A DNA stretch of 64,000 bases, from the NCBI GenBank assembly GCA_965199855.1, contig OZ241326.1:1280001-1344000 (forward strand). The letters are read 5' to 3'. The position numbers were made by a program, and so were the translations under genes. A model generated the notes under the pieces. That model made no database searches. It had not been told where the DNA came from and was given only the letters and a program-made list of their open reading frames with translations. Positions 32,872 through 43,040 of the stretch are shown in pieces (position 1 is the stretch's first letter; the number at the start of each line of letters is the position of its first letter). The DNA is from a bacterium. Its GTDB lineage: Bacteria > UBA8248.

Positions 32872-33568
32872 GATTCGGGAGAGATGCGAGGCGGTGAGGC
32901 GGCGCGCGGCGGCCGCCGCCCGCTCCGCGGGCCGCAAACCCGACGAGGTGCGCCTGCTGGCCGTGAGCAAGACGCAGCCGCCCGAGAGGCTCATCGAGGC
33001 CATCGAGGCGGGCGTGGAGATTCTGGGAGAGAACCGGGTGCAGGAGGCCCGGCGGAAAAGGGACGGGATGCCCCCCGAGGTGGCGGAGAAGGCGCGGTGG
33101 CACCTCATCGGCGCCTTGCAGAGGAACAAGGCGCGCGCCGTGCCGGGGCTGTTCGACGCGGTGGAATCCGTGGATTCCCTCCCTCTCGCGCGCGAGCTGG
33201 ACAGGCGCGTGGGGACGGCGGGGGGCGCGCCGCTCGAGGTCTTCATCCAGGTGAACACGGGCGAGGAGGCCCAGAAGAGCGGGGTCGCGCCGGCGGAGGC
33301 GATGGCGCTCGTGCGGGAGGCGTCCGCGCTGGAGTCGCTGCGGTTGGTCGGCCTCATGTGCATTCCCCCTCTGGGCCGCGAGGCGGAGGAGAGCCGTCCC
33401 CATTTCGCCCTGCTCAGAAAGCTGCGCGACGAGGCGCGGGAGCGCGGGTTTTCCAGGGTGAGGGAGCTCTCGATGGGCATGTCGAACGATTTCGAGACGG
33501 CCATAGCGGAGGGGGCGACCCTCGTTCGCGTCGGCGCGGCCATTTTCGGCCCGCGGCGAACGGAGTGA
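32864..33568 (+). CDS. yggS: PLP homeostasis protein
   Basis: LAVSK, GENRVQE, WHLIG.LQRNK, GLMCIPP, LSMGMSND, VRVGAAIFG. Confidence 0.95.
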   Translation: MAEIRERCEAVRRRAAAAARSAGRKPDEVRLLAVSKTQPPERLIEAIEAGVEILGENRVQEARRKRDGMPPEVAEKARWHLIGALQRNKARAVPGLFDAVESVDSLPLARELDRRVGTAGGAPLEVFIQVNTGEEAQKSGVAPAEAMALVREASALESLRLVGLMCIPPLGREAEESRPHFALLRKLRDEARERGFSRVRELSMGMSNDFETAIAEGATLVRVGAAIFGPRRTE

Positions 33569-33661
33569 GCGAATTTGAGTTGCGCCGTCAATTTCAGTAG
33601 GGTGGGTTCGCTCCGGCGCGTGAAGCGGCCTTGACCTTGCGGGCTTGAAGGGTTGCGAAAG

Positions 33662-34468
33662 ATGGCGGAAATCCTCGTGGTCGGCGGCGGAAACATGGGC
33701 GAGGCCCTCTCCACGGGCATGGTGAGCGCGGGCTACGCGCGCGCGGAGGAGGTCGTCATCGCGGAGCCTCTCCCCGCGCGCGCCGAATATCTGCGCGAGA
33801 AGGCGGGGTTTCGCGTGGCGTCCGACGGGGCGGAGGCGGCGCCCGGGGCGGACAGGGTGATCATCGCCGTGAAGCCGCAGGTTCTGGACGCGGTTCTGGG
33901 CGGGCTGAAGGAAGCCCTGGCGCACCGCCCGCTCCTGATCTCGGTCGTCGCCGGCGCGCCGACGAGACGCTTCACCGCGGCCCTGGGCGAGGAGGCGCGC
34001 GTCGTCCGCGTCATGCCGAACGCGCCCGCCCTTGTGGGGGAGGGCGCCGCCGGGCTGTGCGCGGGAGGGCGGGCTTCGGATGCGGACCTGGCGGAGGCCA
34101 GGCGCCTGCTGGAGTCCGTCGGCAGGGCGGTGGTTCTGCCCGAATCGCTCATGGACGCCGTGACGGGCCTCTCGGGCAGCGGCCCCGCCTACGTGTTTCA
34201 GTTCATCGAGGCGCTGGCGGACGGCGGGGTGCTGGCGGGCCTGCCGCGAGAGGAGGCCATGACGCTGGCGGCGCAGACGGTTCTCGGCGCCGCGAGAATG
34301 CTGCTGGAGACGGGGGAGCACCCGGGCCGCCTGAAGGACATGGTCGCCTCGCCCGGGGGGACGACCATCGCCGGCCTGCGCGCCCTGGAGAGCGGGGGGC
34401 TGCGCGCCGCCGTGATGGACGCGGTGGGCGCGGCCGCGCGCCGGAGCGGGGAGCTGGGCCGGGGCTAG
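33662..34468 (+). CDS. proC: Pyrroline-5-carboxylate reductase
   Basis: GGGNMG, AVKPQ, RVMPN, SGSGPAY, SPGGTT. Confidence 0.96.
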   Translation: MAEILVVGGGNMGEALSTGMVSAGYARAEEVVIAEPLPARAEYLREKAGFRVASDGAEAAPGADRVIIAVKPQVLDAVLGGLKEALAHRPLLISVVAGAPTRRFTAALGEEARVVRVMPNAPALVGEGAAGLCAGGRASDADLAEARRLLESVGRAVVLPESLMDAVTGLSGSGPAYVFQFIEALADGGVLAGLPREEAMTLAAQTVLGAARMLLETGEHPGRLKDMVASPGGTTIAGLRALESGGLRAAVMDAVGAAARRSGELGRG

Positions 34469-34496
34469 CCCATTTCATCGAAGCGGGAGCGTATCG

Positions 34497-34793
34497 GTGT
34501 TTCTGATATCGAACTTCATGCACGCGGCGGGCGTCATTCTCAGCTATCTGTTCACCATCTATATCTGGATCATCATCATCCGCGCGCTCGTCTCCTGGGT
34601 GAGTCCCGACCCCTACAATCCCATCGTGCAGATACTGCACCGTCTGACGGAGCCCGTCTTGGCGCCCGTTCGCCACCGGATGCCGAATTTCGGGGGCATC
34701 GACCTGAGTCCGATTGTCGTGGTGCTGATCATCTTCTTTCTCCAGAGTTTTCTCGTGCGGAGCATCTTCGACCTGGCCGCGATACTGCGCTGA
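34497..34793 (+). CDS. yggT: YggT family membrane protein
   Basis: SWVSPDPYNP, LTEPVL.P.R, GIDLSP. Confidence 0.92.
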   Translation: MFLISNFMHAAGVILSYLFTIYIWIIIIRALVSWVSPDPYNPIVQILHRLTEPVLAPVRHRMPNFGGIDLSPIVVVLIIFFLQSFLVRSIFDLAAILR

Positions 34794-34814
34794 CTTTGCC
34801 CGGAGGACGCGCCC

Positions 34815-35369
34815 ATGAAGCTCACCGGAAGCGACATCAGAAGCCGTGCCTTCCCGCGCAGGATGCGGGGCTACGACCGGCTCGAGGTGGATGCGTTTCT
34901 GTTCGCCGCGGCCGAGCAGGTGGACAGGCTGGTCCGCGAGAACGAGCAGCTGGGCCTGCAGTGCGCGGATCTGTTCGAGGAATACAACCGCCTGAAAAAA
35001 GAGCACGCCGAGGCGCGGAAGACCCTGGCCTCCCTGCCCGCGCTGAGGGATGAGGCCTCGGCCTGGGCCGGGGAGCTCGTGCGGAAGGCGGAGGCGGACG
35101 CCGACCGCATCCTCGATGAGGCCGAATCCCGCGCGGCGCGGCTTCGGGCGGACGCCGAGAGGGAGGCGGCTCGTCTGCGCGGGGAAGCGTCCGCGCTGCG
35201 GGAGGCGCGGGACAATCTTTTCGCCGATTTTTGCGCGACGCTGCGCTCCCAGACGCGAACCCTGGAGGAGGAAAGCCGGCGCGCGGGGGTGGACCTCGAA
35301 CGCCTCATGGGCGAGCGAAGCGGAACCGTCATCAATCTGAGCCAGAAGGCGGAGGGCGATGCGTCGTGA
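34815..35369 (+). CDS. divIVA: DivIVA domain coiled-coil protein
   Basis: LT..DI....F....RGYD..EVDAFL N-terminal motif plus coiled coil. Confidence 0.88.
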   Translation: MKLTGSDIRSRAFPRRMRGYDRLEVDAFLFAAAEQVDRLVRENEQLGLQCADLFEEYNRLKKEHAEARKTLASLPALRDEASAWAGELVRKAEADADRILDEAESRAARLRADAEREAARLRGEASALREARDNLFADFCATLRSQTRTLEEESRRAGVDLERLMGERSGTVINLSQKAEGDAS

Positions 35370-35497
35370 CGGGCCTCCGCCCGGAGGCGGCCGGCGCCAG
35401 CTCTGAGGCGCGGGTTCAGCCGCGCTCCCCGAAAGCGGAAATCGGCGGAACGCGCGACGGCGCCCTCCGCGCGCGGAAAGCTTCCGGCCGGGGATAA
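35366..35497 (+). pseudogene. Truncated DUF167/YggU-family remnant
   Basis: ARVQPRSPKAEIGGTRDGALRAR resembles the YggU N-terminus; GTGA overlap with divIVA stop; ends after 43 aa. Confidence 0.6.
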
Positions 35498-35500
35498 GCC

Positions 35501-36610
35501 GTGAGCGGCAAAGAGACCGAGGGAAACTTTCGCACCCTCTCCTTTCAGGGGGGCGCGCTCGCGCTCATCGACCAGAGGAAACTCCCGCAGGAGGAGACCT
35601 ACGTCGAGTGCCGCACGGAGGACGAGGTGGCCGAAGCCATCGCCGGCATGGTGGTGCGCGGCGCGCCCGCCATCGGGGTGGCGGCGGCCTACGGAATGGC
35701 GCTGGCGGCCGCCCGCCACGCGGATTCGGGCGCGAAGGCGCAGCGCCGCGCCATCGATCGGGCGGCGCGCGCGCTGTCCGCCACGCGCCCTACGGCGGTG
35801 AATCTCTTCTGGGCTATCGAGAAGATGCGGGCGCGCGTCCGGGAAAGCGGCGGCGCGCCCGAGGCGCTGGCCGCGAGCCTCCTGCGCCTGGCCGGGGAAC
35901 TCCACGAGGAGGACGCGGCCGTCTGCCGCAGAATCGGCGACCTGGGCGCGGCGCTGCTGCCGGAGGGAACGAGCGTCCTCACCCACTGCAACGCGGGCGC
36001 GCTGGCGACCGCGGGCTACGGCACGGCGGGCGGGGTGATCCGCAGCGGCTTCCGGGACGGACGGGTGCGGGAGGTGTTCGTGGACGAGACCCGGCCCTTC
36101 CTCCAGGGGGCGCGCCTCACCGCCTGGGAGCTGGACAGGGACGGCATTCCCGTCGTTCTCATCACCGACGGCGCGGCCGCGCACTGCATGAGCCTCGGGC
36201 GCGTGGGCGCCGTGGTGGTGGGGGCGGATCGCGTGGCCGCCAACGGGGACTTCGCCAACAAGATCGGCACCTACGCCCTCGCCGTTCTCGCCAGGGAGCA
36301 CGGGGTGCCCTTCTACGCGGCGGCGCCGACGAGCACCATCGACATGGACGCGGCGCGGGGCGCGGACATTCCCATCGAGGAGCGGCCGGCCGAGGAGGTG
36401 CGCTCGTTTCGCGGCGAGGCTGTCGCCCCCGAAGGGGTGCGCGTCTTCAACCCCGCGTTCGACGTGACGCCCGCCCGCTTCGTGGACGCCCTGGTGACGG
36501 AGCGGGGGGTGGCGCGCCTGGCCGAGGGCGAAACGCTCGCCGCGGCGATGAGGGAGGAGGCGGACGACGCGCCGCGCCCGCCGGGGCGGGAGGCGCGCCT
36601 TTCGTGTTGA
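35501..36610 (+). CDS. mtnA: Methylthioribose-1-phosphate isomerase
   Basis: DQRKLP, VRGAPAIG, RPTAVNL, THCNAG.LAT, ETRP..QG.RLT, ANKIGTY, NPAFDVTP. Confidence 0.96.
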   Translation: MSGKETEGNFRTLSFQGGALALIDQRKLPQEETYVECRTEDEVAEAIAGMVVRGAPAIGVAAAYGMALAAARHADSGAKAQRRAIDRAARALSATRPTAVNLFWAIEKMRARVRESGGAPEALAASLLRLAGELHEEDAAVCRRIGDLGAALLPEGTSVLTHCNAGALATAGYGTAGGVIRSGFRDGRVREVFVDETRPFLQGARLTAWELDRDGIPVVLITDGAAAHCMSLGRVGAVVVGADRVAANGDFANKIGTYALAVLAREHGVPFYAAAPTSTIDMDAARGADIPIEERPAEEVRSFRGEAVAPEGVRVFNPAFDVTPARFVDALVTERGVARLAEGETLAAAMREEADDAPRPPGREARLSC

Positions 36611-36636
36611 CTTCCCGCGCGCGCGCGGGCTATAAA
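36607..36636 (+). promoter_or_regulatory. Putative sigma-70 promoter for tRNA-Asp
   Basis: TTGACT-18 bp-TATAAA. Confidence 0.55.
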
Positions 36637-36715
36637 CCCAAACGCTTCGGGCGGCTGTCAGACCGCGCGGCCGGGCGAAAGCCTTGCCGCGCCGTCGGGA
36701 AGGGACATCGCCAAG

Positions 36716-36792
36716 GGGGCTGTAGCGAAGCCGGTTATCGCGCTGGCCTGTCAAGCCAGAGATCGCGGGTTCGAGTCCCGTCAGCCCCGCCA
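36716..36792 (+). tRNA. tRNA-Asp(GTC)
   Basis: GGGGCTG/CAGCCCC acceptor stem, G discriminator plus CCA, anticodon arm CTGGC-CTGTCAA-GCCAG, GGTTCGAGTCC. Confidence 0.95.
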
Positions 36793-37055
36793 CCTCCTTC
36801 TTCCCGATCCTTCGCCGTCTTTGGATCGCCGTCGAACGCGCTCGCCCGGCTCTCCGCGCGGCGGGGAGCGATGCGCCGCGCGTCCGGCTTTGGCGGAATC
36901 CGCTTTTATGGCGTATAATGGACGCAAGGGCATGACATGACCAGCCGCGTCGCCGCCGGGAGGGCTCTTCGGCCGCCGCGCGGCCCGCGCCTTCCCGACG
37001 AGGCTCCGGACGACTATACCGAGGCAGCATTCATTCGCTTCAAGGAGGAGAGGAC

Positions 37056-38048
37056 ATGAAAAGACTCATCGGCTTCACGCTGGCCGCCGCGTTCGCCGCG
37101 GGCGTCTTTCTCGCCGCCGCGCCGGCCGCCGAGTCGGCGACGCTGCGCGTGGGCGCGCACAGGGGCATGTGGGGCTCCTACGAGATCATCGCCGACCGCA
37201 TGGGCTACTGGAAGAAGGAGGGGCTGAAATACAAGATCGGCCACTTCAAGCAGGGCAAGCTCATGCGCAACGCCATCATCCAGAACAACCTGGACACCGG
37301 CACCACGGGCTTCTCGCCCTTCACGACGGCGATCTCCAAGGGCGCGCGGGTGACGGCCATCGGCGTGACGGCGAACATCTGCGCGGCCGTCTCCATCATC
37401 GTGCCCGCGACCTCGAAGGCCAAGAGCCTGAAAGACCTCAAGGGTTCGGTGTTCGCCAACAAGAAGGGCACGAGCACGGACTTCGCGTTTCAGTCCTACG
37501 TCATTCCCTCGTATGGCCTGAAAAGCTCCGACTTCCCCCTTCTGAGCGTCCGCACCACCGAGCGCATCGCCGCGCTGATCTCCGGCGCCGCCCAGGCGGC
37601 CATGATCGGCGAGCCGCAGGGCGAGATCGCCCGCGAGAAGGGCCTCGTTCGCTATCTTGAGGATCTGTGCAAATACGACAACACGAGCATGATGCACGTG
37701 GGCAACCCCCAGACCCTCAAGAAGCATCCCGACCTCTACTACAAGTATTTCCGGGGCTGGCTGAAGGCGCACAAGCTGCTCAAGGACGACCCCAACGCCT
37801 ACGCCAAGGTCTATACCAAGGCGCTGAACGAGGTCGGCGACAAGGCCAAGGTGAGCACCACGCTCAAGGCCCTCAAAAAGCTCAAGACGGAGATTTATCT
37901 GACGGACCGGGTGAAGAACTATCTGAACGACATGGGCGACAAGCAGATCAAGCTCGGCTGGATCAAGAGCCGCCCCGACTTCACCAAGAGCCCGTTCCTG
38001 GACGACTCCATCCTCCGCAGGGCCGCCAAGGACATCGGCTTCAACTAG
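37056..38048 (+). CDS. NitT/TauT (SsuA-like) ABC transporter substrate-binding protein
   Basis: Signal peptide, GYWKKEGL, SLKDLKG, KGTST, EP motif; AGGAG RBS. Confidence 0.85.
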   Translation: MKRLIGFTLAAAFAAGVFLAAAPAAESATLRVGAHRGMWGSYEIIADRMGYWKKEGLKYKIGHFKQGKLMRNAIIQNNLDTGTTGFSPFTTAISKGARVTAIGVTANICAAVSIIVPATSKAKSLKDLKGSVFANKKGTSTDFAFQSYVIPSYGLKSSDFPLLSVRTTERIAALISGAAQAAMIGEPQGEIAREKGLVRYLEDLCKYDNTSMMHVGNPQTLKKHPDLYYKYFRGWLKAHKLLKDDPNAYAKVYTKALNEVGDKAKVSTTLKALKKLKTEIYLTDRVKNYLNDMGDKQIKLGWIKSRPDFTKSPFLDDSILRRAAKDIGFN

Positions 38049-38080
38049 CGGACGGGTCGATCAAGCCGGAAAGACCGGCG

Positions 38081-38121
38081 AAAAACAAACCCCCCGGAGG
38101 CCGCGGCCTCCGGGGGGTTTT
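38081..38121. terminator. Bidirectional intrinsic terminator
   Basis: 16-bp perfect inverted repeat AAACCCCCCGGAGGCC/GGCCTCCGGGGGGTTT between convergent genes. Confidence 0.8.
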
Positions 38122-38154
38122 CGCGCCCGCTTCGCGGGAACCGCGGCCGCCACT

Positions 38155-38221
38155 ATGCGTCCCCTACGGCGCGAAATCAGCCTCCCGAACTTTGTAGCGG
38201 GGACCGCATTCCCCGTCCCCC
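38155..38221. repeat. GTAG-type REP-like elements
   Basis: GTAGGGGACGCAT on minus strand (38155-38167); GTAG-CGGGGAC...GTCCCC palindrome from 38194. Confidence 0.5.
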
Positions 38222-38278
38222 GCGCCATGCGGACGGGCGCGCTGAATGCGGAGAAGCCGACGGCAGTCCGGCCTTCGG

Positions 38279-39205
38279 CTACACCTTCTTGTCCTGGGCG
38301 CCCATGGCCTCCATCATGCCCCAGCGGATGACGGTGCGGCTTTCGAGGGGCTGGAAGAGAACCTTCTCCAGAACGAAGCCGAAGAGGCCCAGAACGGAGA
38401 GGGCGACCATCATGAAGGCGATGTCGAGGTATTCCTGGGCGTCGAAGATGCCGGCGGAAAGCCCCCAGCGGATGCCGGCGAACGCCTCCGCCCCCACGCC
38501 CGCGCGCCAGGCGCGCGCCAGGCCGATGCGCAGGCCGCTCAGAATCATCGGCAGCGAGCCGGGCAGGACGACGGTGCGGAAGATCGTCATCTTGTCGGCG
38601 TTCATCGACTGCGCCGCGCGTATCCACACGGGGTTGACGGTCTTCACGCCCGTCCAGACGGCCATGGCGATGGGCAGGAAGGAGGCGAAGGCCGTGATGA
38701 CGATGACCGTCTGATCGCCGATGCCCGACCAGATGACGACGATGGGCGTCCACGCGATGGCCGGAATCGGGAGCAGCACGGAGAGAAGCGGCACGAAGAA
38801 CGACTCCCAGAAGGCGAAGCGCCCCATCAGGATGCCCACGATGGTGCCCACGATCGCCGCGATGAAGAACGAGAACGGAAGGCGCCACGCCGTGTTGATC
38901 GTGTGCAGGAAAATCGGGCTTTCCAGGAGTTTCCAGAAGTAGTCGGCGATCCCCAGGTTCGGGTCCTCGGCCAGCGCCTTGAACAGGGGGCCGGTGACCA
39001 GCTCCCACGCGCGGTAGAGAATCGCGTCGACCGTGGGAAAGAGCCGCCCCTGGTTGCCCTGGGCCTGCATGGCGGCCACCTGCCAGATGGCGAGAATGAC
39101 GACGAACGGATAGATCGGCCTGAGTTTCACCCATATCGGCGTTCTGGTCTTCTCCTTCACTTCGTCCATCGACGGAGGGACGGGCGCTGTCCGGGATGTC
39201 TGCAT
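38279..39205 (-). CDS. NitT/TauT ABC transporter permease
   Basis: LLPIPAIAW.P, AAQSM.A EAA-like loop, LPGSLP.ILSGLR. Confidence 0.9.
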   Translation of the reverse strand: MQTSRTAPVPPSMDEVKEKTRTPIWVKLRPIYPFVVILAIWQVAAMQAQGNQGRLFPTVDAILYRAWELVTGPLFKALAEDPNLGIADYFWKLLESPIFLHTINTAWRLPFSFFIAAIVGTIVGILMGRFAFWESFFVPLLSVLLPIPAIAWTPIVVIWSGIGDQTVIVITAFASFLPIAMAVWTGVKTVNPVWIRAAQSMNADKMTIFRTVVLPGSLPMILSGLRIGLARAWRAGVGAEAFAGIRWGLSAGIFDAQEYLDIAFMMVALSVLGLFGFVLEKVLFQPLESRTVIRWGMMEAMGAQDKKV

Positions 39206-39224
39206 GGAAGATTCCTCTCTGTCT

Positions 39225-39971
39225 CTAGAAGTCTCGGATCAAATCGTTCACGCGCCGCTGGAGCTTGATGAACTCGGGCGCCAGATCGTCTCTCGGCCGG
39301 GGAATGTCCACCTTCACGATCTCGCGGATTCTCCCCGGATTCGGAACGAAGACGACGATGCGGTTGCCCAGATAGACGGCTTCGCTCAGGTTGTGCGTGA
39401 CGTAGATGATCGTCTTCTTCGTCTTCTGCCAGACGTCGACGGTGAGCTCCTGCAGCTCCTCGCGCGTCTGGGCGTCGAGGGCGCCGAAGGGCTCGTCCAT
39501 GAGGAGCACCTGGGGGTCGAAGGCCATGGCGCGCGCCACCGCCACGCGCTGGCGCATCCCGCCCGAGAGGTTGTGGGGGAAGAAGTCCGCGAAGTCCTCG
39601 AGGCGGACGAGGCGCAGGTAGTCGAGCGCGATGCGCCTGCGCTCCTCCTCCGGCACGCTTCGGATCTCCAGGCCGTATTCCACGTTCTGCCTGGCCGTGC
39701 GCCAGGGGAACAGGGCGTATTCCTGGAACACGACGCCCTTGTCGTAGTCCTGGGAGAGCGTCTTGCCGTCCAGGATGATGCGTCCTGCGGTGATCTCGAC
39801 GAAGCCGGCGAGCATGTTCAGGAGCGTCGTCTTCCCGCAGCCCGAAAGCCCCACGAGACAGATGAACTCGCCGTCGGCGATGTCGAGGTTCACGTCCTCG
39901 AGGGCGTGGACCCGCCTCTCGGGGGTGTCGTAGATTTTCCGCAGATTCTGAATGGATATTTTCGTGACCAT
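39225..39971 (-). CDS. NitT/TauT ABC transporter ATPase
   Basis: GLSGCGKTT, VFQEYALFPW, LSGGMRQR, LMDEPFGALD, VTH. Confidence 0.93.
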   Translation of the reverse strand: MVTKISIQNLRKIYDTPERRVHALEDVNLDIADGEFICLVGLSGCGKTTLLNMLAGFVEITAGRIILDGKTLSQDYDKGVVFQEYALFPWRTARQNVEYGLEIRSVPEEERRRIALDYLRLVRLEDFADFFPHNLSGGMRQRVAVARAMAFDPQVLLMDEPFGALDAQTREELQELTVDVWQKTKKTIIYVTHNLSEAVYLGNRIVVFVPNPGRIREIVKVDIPRPRDDLAPEFIKLQRRVNDLIRDF

Positions 39972-40189
39972 GAATGAGAGAGTCCCAGGATGTGAAGGAC
40001 GAGGCGAGGCGTCCTTCGGGCGCATGGAAATGGAGCAGGAGCGCGGGGATTCTAGCAGACGCCCGCCGGAAGGAAAACCGCGAATATACTTTCGCGGCGT
40101 TCTGTAATAATCTGCCCGCGGCGGATGAGCCTCCGCGGCGAGCAAGGCCGCGTCCGGCGCGGGCGGGAATTTACGGAAGGATTCGGGCG

Positions 40190-41419
40190 ATGAGCGCAAG
40201 GCTGCCGCTCGAGGGGCTTCGCGTCCTGGCGGTGGAGCAGTTCGGGGCGGGGCCGCTGGCCTCGCAGCTGCTCGGGGACATGGGCGCCGAGGTCATCAAG
40301 ATAGAGGATCATGCCGTGGGCGGCGATTCGGCGCGGCCCGTCCCCCCCTATCCCCTGCCCGGAAACGACAGCTACTATTTCCAGACCTTCAACCGCAACA
40401 AGAAGAGCGTCGCGCTCAGAATCCGCGAGCCCGAGGGCAGGGCGATAGTGCGCAAGCTCGTCCCGAAAGCGGACGCGCTGTTCGCCAACTGCCGGGGAAC
40501 GGCGCCGGAGAAGCTCGAAATCACCTACAGGCACCTCGCTCCCTACAACGAGAAAATCGTGTGCTGCTTTCTCTCCGGCTTCGGGATGACGGGGCCACGC
40601 GCGGGCGAGCCGGCCTACGACTACCTCATGCAGGCGTACGCCGGCATCATGAACCTCACGGGCGAGCCGGACGGCCCGCCCACGAAGGCGGGCGTAAGCT
40701 TCGTGGACTTCTCGGGCGGCTTCCTCGCGCTGACGGGGCTGCTCGCCGCGCTCTGGGAGGCGGGCCGCACCGGCAAGGGCAGGGACGTGGACGTGGCGCT
40801 CATGGACGGCGCCCTGTTCCAGCTCGGCTACATGGCCACCTGGGCGCTGAACTGCGGCTACGTCCCGCGGAAATTCTCCCACAGCGCGCATCCCTCGCTC
40901 GTGCCCGCGCAGAATTTCCGGACGAAGGACGGCTGGGTGAGCGTGCTGTGCCTCAAGCAGGATTTCTTCCCCGTCCTCGCCGAGCGCATGGGCATGGCCG
41001 CGCTGGCGGAGGACGCGCGCTTCCGAACCGCCCGGAATCGCTTCGACAACCGAGAGGCTCTCCTGGAAATCCTGCGCGGGGCGTTCCTGAAGAAGACGAA
41101 CGCGGAGTGGACCTCCCTGCTCCAGGGACACGTCCCCTTCGCGCCGGTGAACGACGTGGCGCAGGCGATGGAGGACCCCCAGGTTCTGGCGCGGGAGATG
41201 ATCGTGGAGATGGAGCACCCGGCGGCGGGCGCGATAAAGGTCCCCGGCTCGCCCGTCAAGCTGCCGGGCAGCGAGATGAAGTTCCGGCGCGCCCCCTATC
41301 TGGGAGAGCACACGCGGGAGGTGCTGGGCGGGCTTCTCGGCATGAGCGAGGGCGAACTCGCGGATTTGCGGGAGAGGAACGTCGTGTCGTGGACGGAGCC
41401 GCCCGAGGGCGGCGAATAG
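40190..41419 (+). CDS. Class III CoA-transferase (CaiB/BaiF)
   Basis: PLEGLRV, GDMGAEVIKIE, NRNKKS, GFGMTGP, catalytic Asp in FVDFSGG, APYLGEHT. Confidence 0.92.
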   Translation: MSARLPLEGLRVLAVEQFGAGPLASQLLGDMGAEVIKIEDHAVGGDSARPVPPYPLPGNDSYYFQTFNRNKKSVALRIREPEGRAIVRKLVPKADALFANCRGTAPEKLEITYRHLAPYNEKIVCCFLSGFGMTGPRAGEPAYDYLMQAYAGIMNLTGEPDGPPTKAGVSFVDFSGGFLALTGLLAALWEAGRTGKGRDVDVALMDGALFQLGYMATWALNCGYVPRKFSHSAHPSLVPAQNFRTKDGWVSVLCLKQDFFPVLAERMGMAALAEDARFRTARNRFDNREALLEILRGAFLKKTNAEWTSLLQGHVPFAPVNDVAQAMEDPQVLAREMIVEMEHPAAGAIKVPGSPVKLPGSEMKFRRAPYLGEHTREVLGGLLGMSEGELADLRERNVVSWTEPPEGGE

Positions 41420-41528
41420 GGCGGGAACTGCGGGTTCGCGGGCGCGAGGCGTCCTCAATGGCGGACGCCGGACGGGCGCGCCCGCGCGGGATGAAAGTTT
41501 TTTTTCGCGCATCGACGGAGGACGGGGC

Positions 41529-41969
41529 ATGAACAACGCGGCCGGGGATCTTCCGATTCCCAAGATCATCAACTCCCTCGACGTGGACGAGGACAAGGCC
41601 TACGAGCCTCCCTACGACATTCGCTGGGGCGTGAACCGGGAGACGACGGGGACGGACGCCATCACGATGGGCAGAACCATCATCCCCCCGCGCGGGCGCA
41701 ACGCGCTGCACTTTCACAAGAACTGCGACACCACGATTTACGTCGCGCGGGGCCCCGTCAACATCTACTGGAAGGAGGGCGGAGAGATCGTCCGAAAGGA
41801 GGCGCCCGTCGGCCACTTCGTCTATTTTCCCCGCGGCTGCGTTCACGGGCAGGAGAACCCGAGCGAAACGGAGCCCGCAGAACTCATATTCACCTACGGC
41901 GGGATGCCCAACAAGGAGGCGGCGGGCACCACCTTCGTGGACGACCCCAGAGACCCGCTCAGGGACTAG
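41529..41969 (+). CDS. Cupin domain protein
   Basis: HFH motif and FPRGCVHG.EN second cupin motif. Confidence 0.8.
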   Translation: MNNAAGDLPIPKIINSLDVDEDKAYEPPYDIRWGVNRETTGTDAITMGRTIIPPRGRNALHFHKNCDTTIYVARGPVNIYWKEGGEIVRKEAPVGHFVYFPRGCVHGQENPSETEPAELIFTYGGMPNKEAAGTTFVDDPRDPLRD

Positions 41970-42017
41970 GCTTTTCCCCGCCGCCCGGCGGCGCCCGTTC
42001 AGGAGACGACGCCTCTC

Positions 42018-42923
42018 ATGCTTCCCGCGCGATTCCTCCTCGCCCCGCTTCTCTTGCTCCTGGCGGGCGTCATCGGGAGTTTTCCCGGCGCCGGCGTCCC
42101 GGACGCATCCGCCCAGCCCCGGGAGGCCGGTATGAAAATATCGGGCTTTGACGGCGCGGCGCTCGTTCGCGTGCCGCCGGGCCGGTTCGTCATGGGCAGC
42201 GAAGCCGGCGACAGAGACGAGCGGCCGCCCGTCAGGGTCTTCGTCTCCGGCTTCTGGATCGACAGGACCGAGGCGACGGCGGAGCGCTTCGCCCGCTTCG
42301 CCGCGCGGACGGGCTACCGCACGACGGCCGAGAAGCGCGGGTGGTCGTGGACGTGGGACGCCTCCCTGAAGGACGGCAGGGGCGGCTGGCGCAAGACGAG
42401 GGGGGCGAGCTGGCGAAGCCCGGAGGGGCCGGGGTCGAGCTGGCGGACGCCGCCCGGACGGCCCGTCTCCCACGCGAGCTGGCCCGACGCCGAAGCCTAT
42501 TGCGGGTGGGCGGGCAGGCGCCTGCCCACCGAGGCGGAATGGGAGCGCGCGGCGCGCGGAGACGACGGTCGGCGCTACCCCTGGGGGTCGCGGAAGGAGG
42601 CGCGGCGCGCCAACCTGAAGGGGGGCGGGGACGGATTTCCGGGCGTCGCGCCCGTGGGCCGCTTCCCGCGGGGGGCGAGCCCCTTCGGCGCGCTCGACAT
42701 GGCGGGCAACCTCTGGGAGTGGACGGCCGACCGCTACGCCTCCCGCGCGTATCGAAGCATGGCGAGGCGCGACCCCCACGGCCCGGCGAAAGGGAAAACG
42801 CGGGTGGTGCGCGGCGCCTCCTGGGGCAGCCCCCTCGCCTGGGCGGCGGCGCACAACCGCTATCACCGCCCGCCGCGCTACACAAACAACAAACTCGGCT
42901 TCCGCTGCGCGTCGGGACTTTAA
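42018..42923 (+). CDS. Secreted SUMF1/FGE-domain protein, lacking catalytic cysteines
   Basis: [40 protein letters not shown]; N-terminal signal-like segment. Confidence 0.88.
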   Translation: MLPARFLLAPLLLLLAGVIGSFPGAGVPDASAQPREAGMKISGFDGAALVRVPPGRFVMGSEAGDRDERPPVRVFVSGFWIDRTEATAERFARFAARTGYRTTAEKRGWSWTWDASLKDGRGGWRKTRGASWRSPEGPGSSWRTPPGRPVSHASWPDAEAYCGWAGRRLPTEAEWERAARGDDGRRYPWGSRKEARRANLKGGGDGFPGVAPVGRFPRGASPFGALDMAGNLWEWTADRYASRAYRSMARRDPHGPAKGKTRVVRGASWGSPLAWAAAHNRYHRPPRYTNNKLGFRCASGL

Positions 42924-42958
42924 TATGGCCCGCATCCATTGGGCGCGCTGCGTGAGCC

Positions 42959-42982
42959 GCAGGGGACGCATATATGCGCCCG
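42959..42982 (+). repeat. REP-like palindrome
   Basis: GCAGGGGACGCATATATGCGCCCG, near-copy of the element at 43253. Confidence 0.55.
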
Positions 42983-43040
42983 TTGGAACGGCGGCTTTGA
43001 GGTATGACGACCCCTTGTCCTGAATGAAAGAGATCAACCC

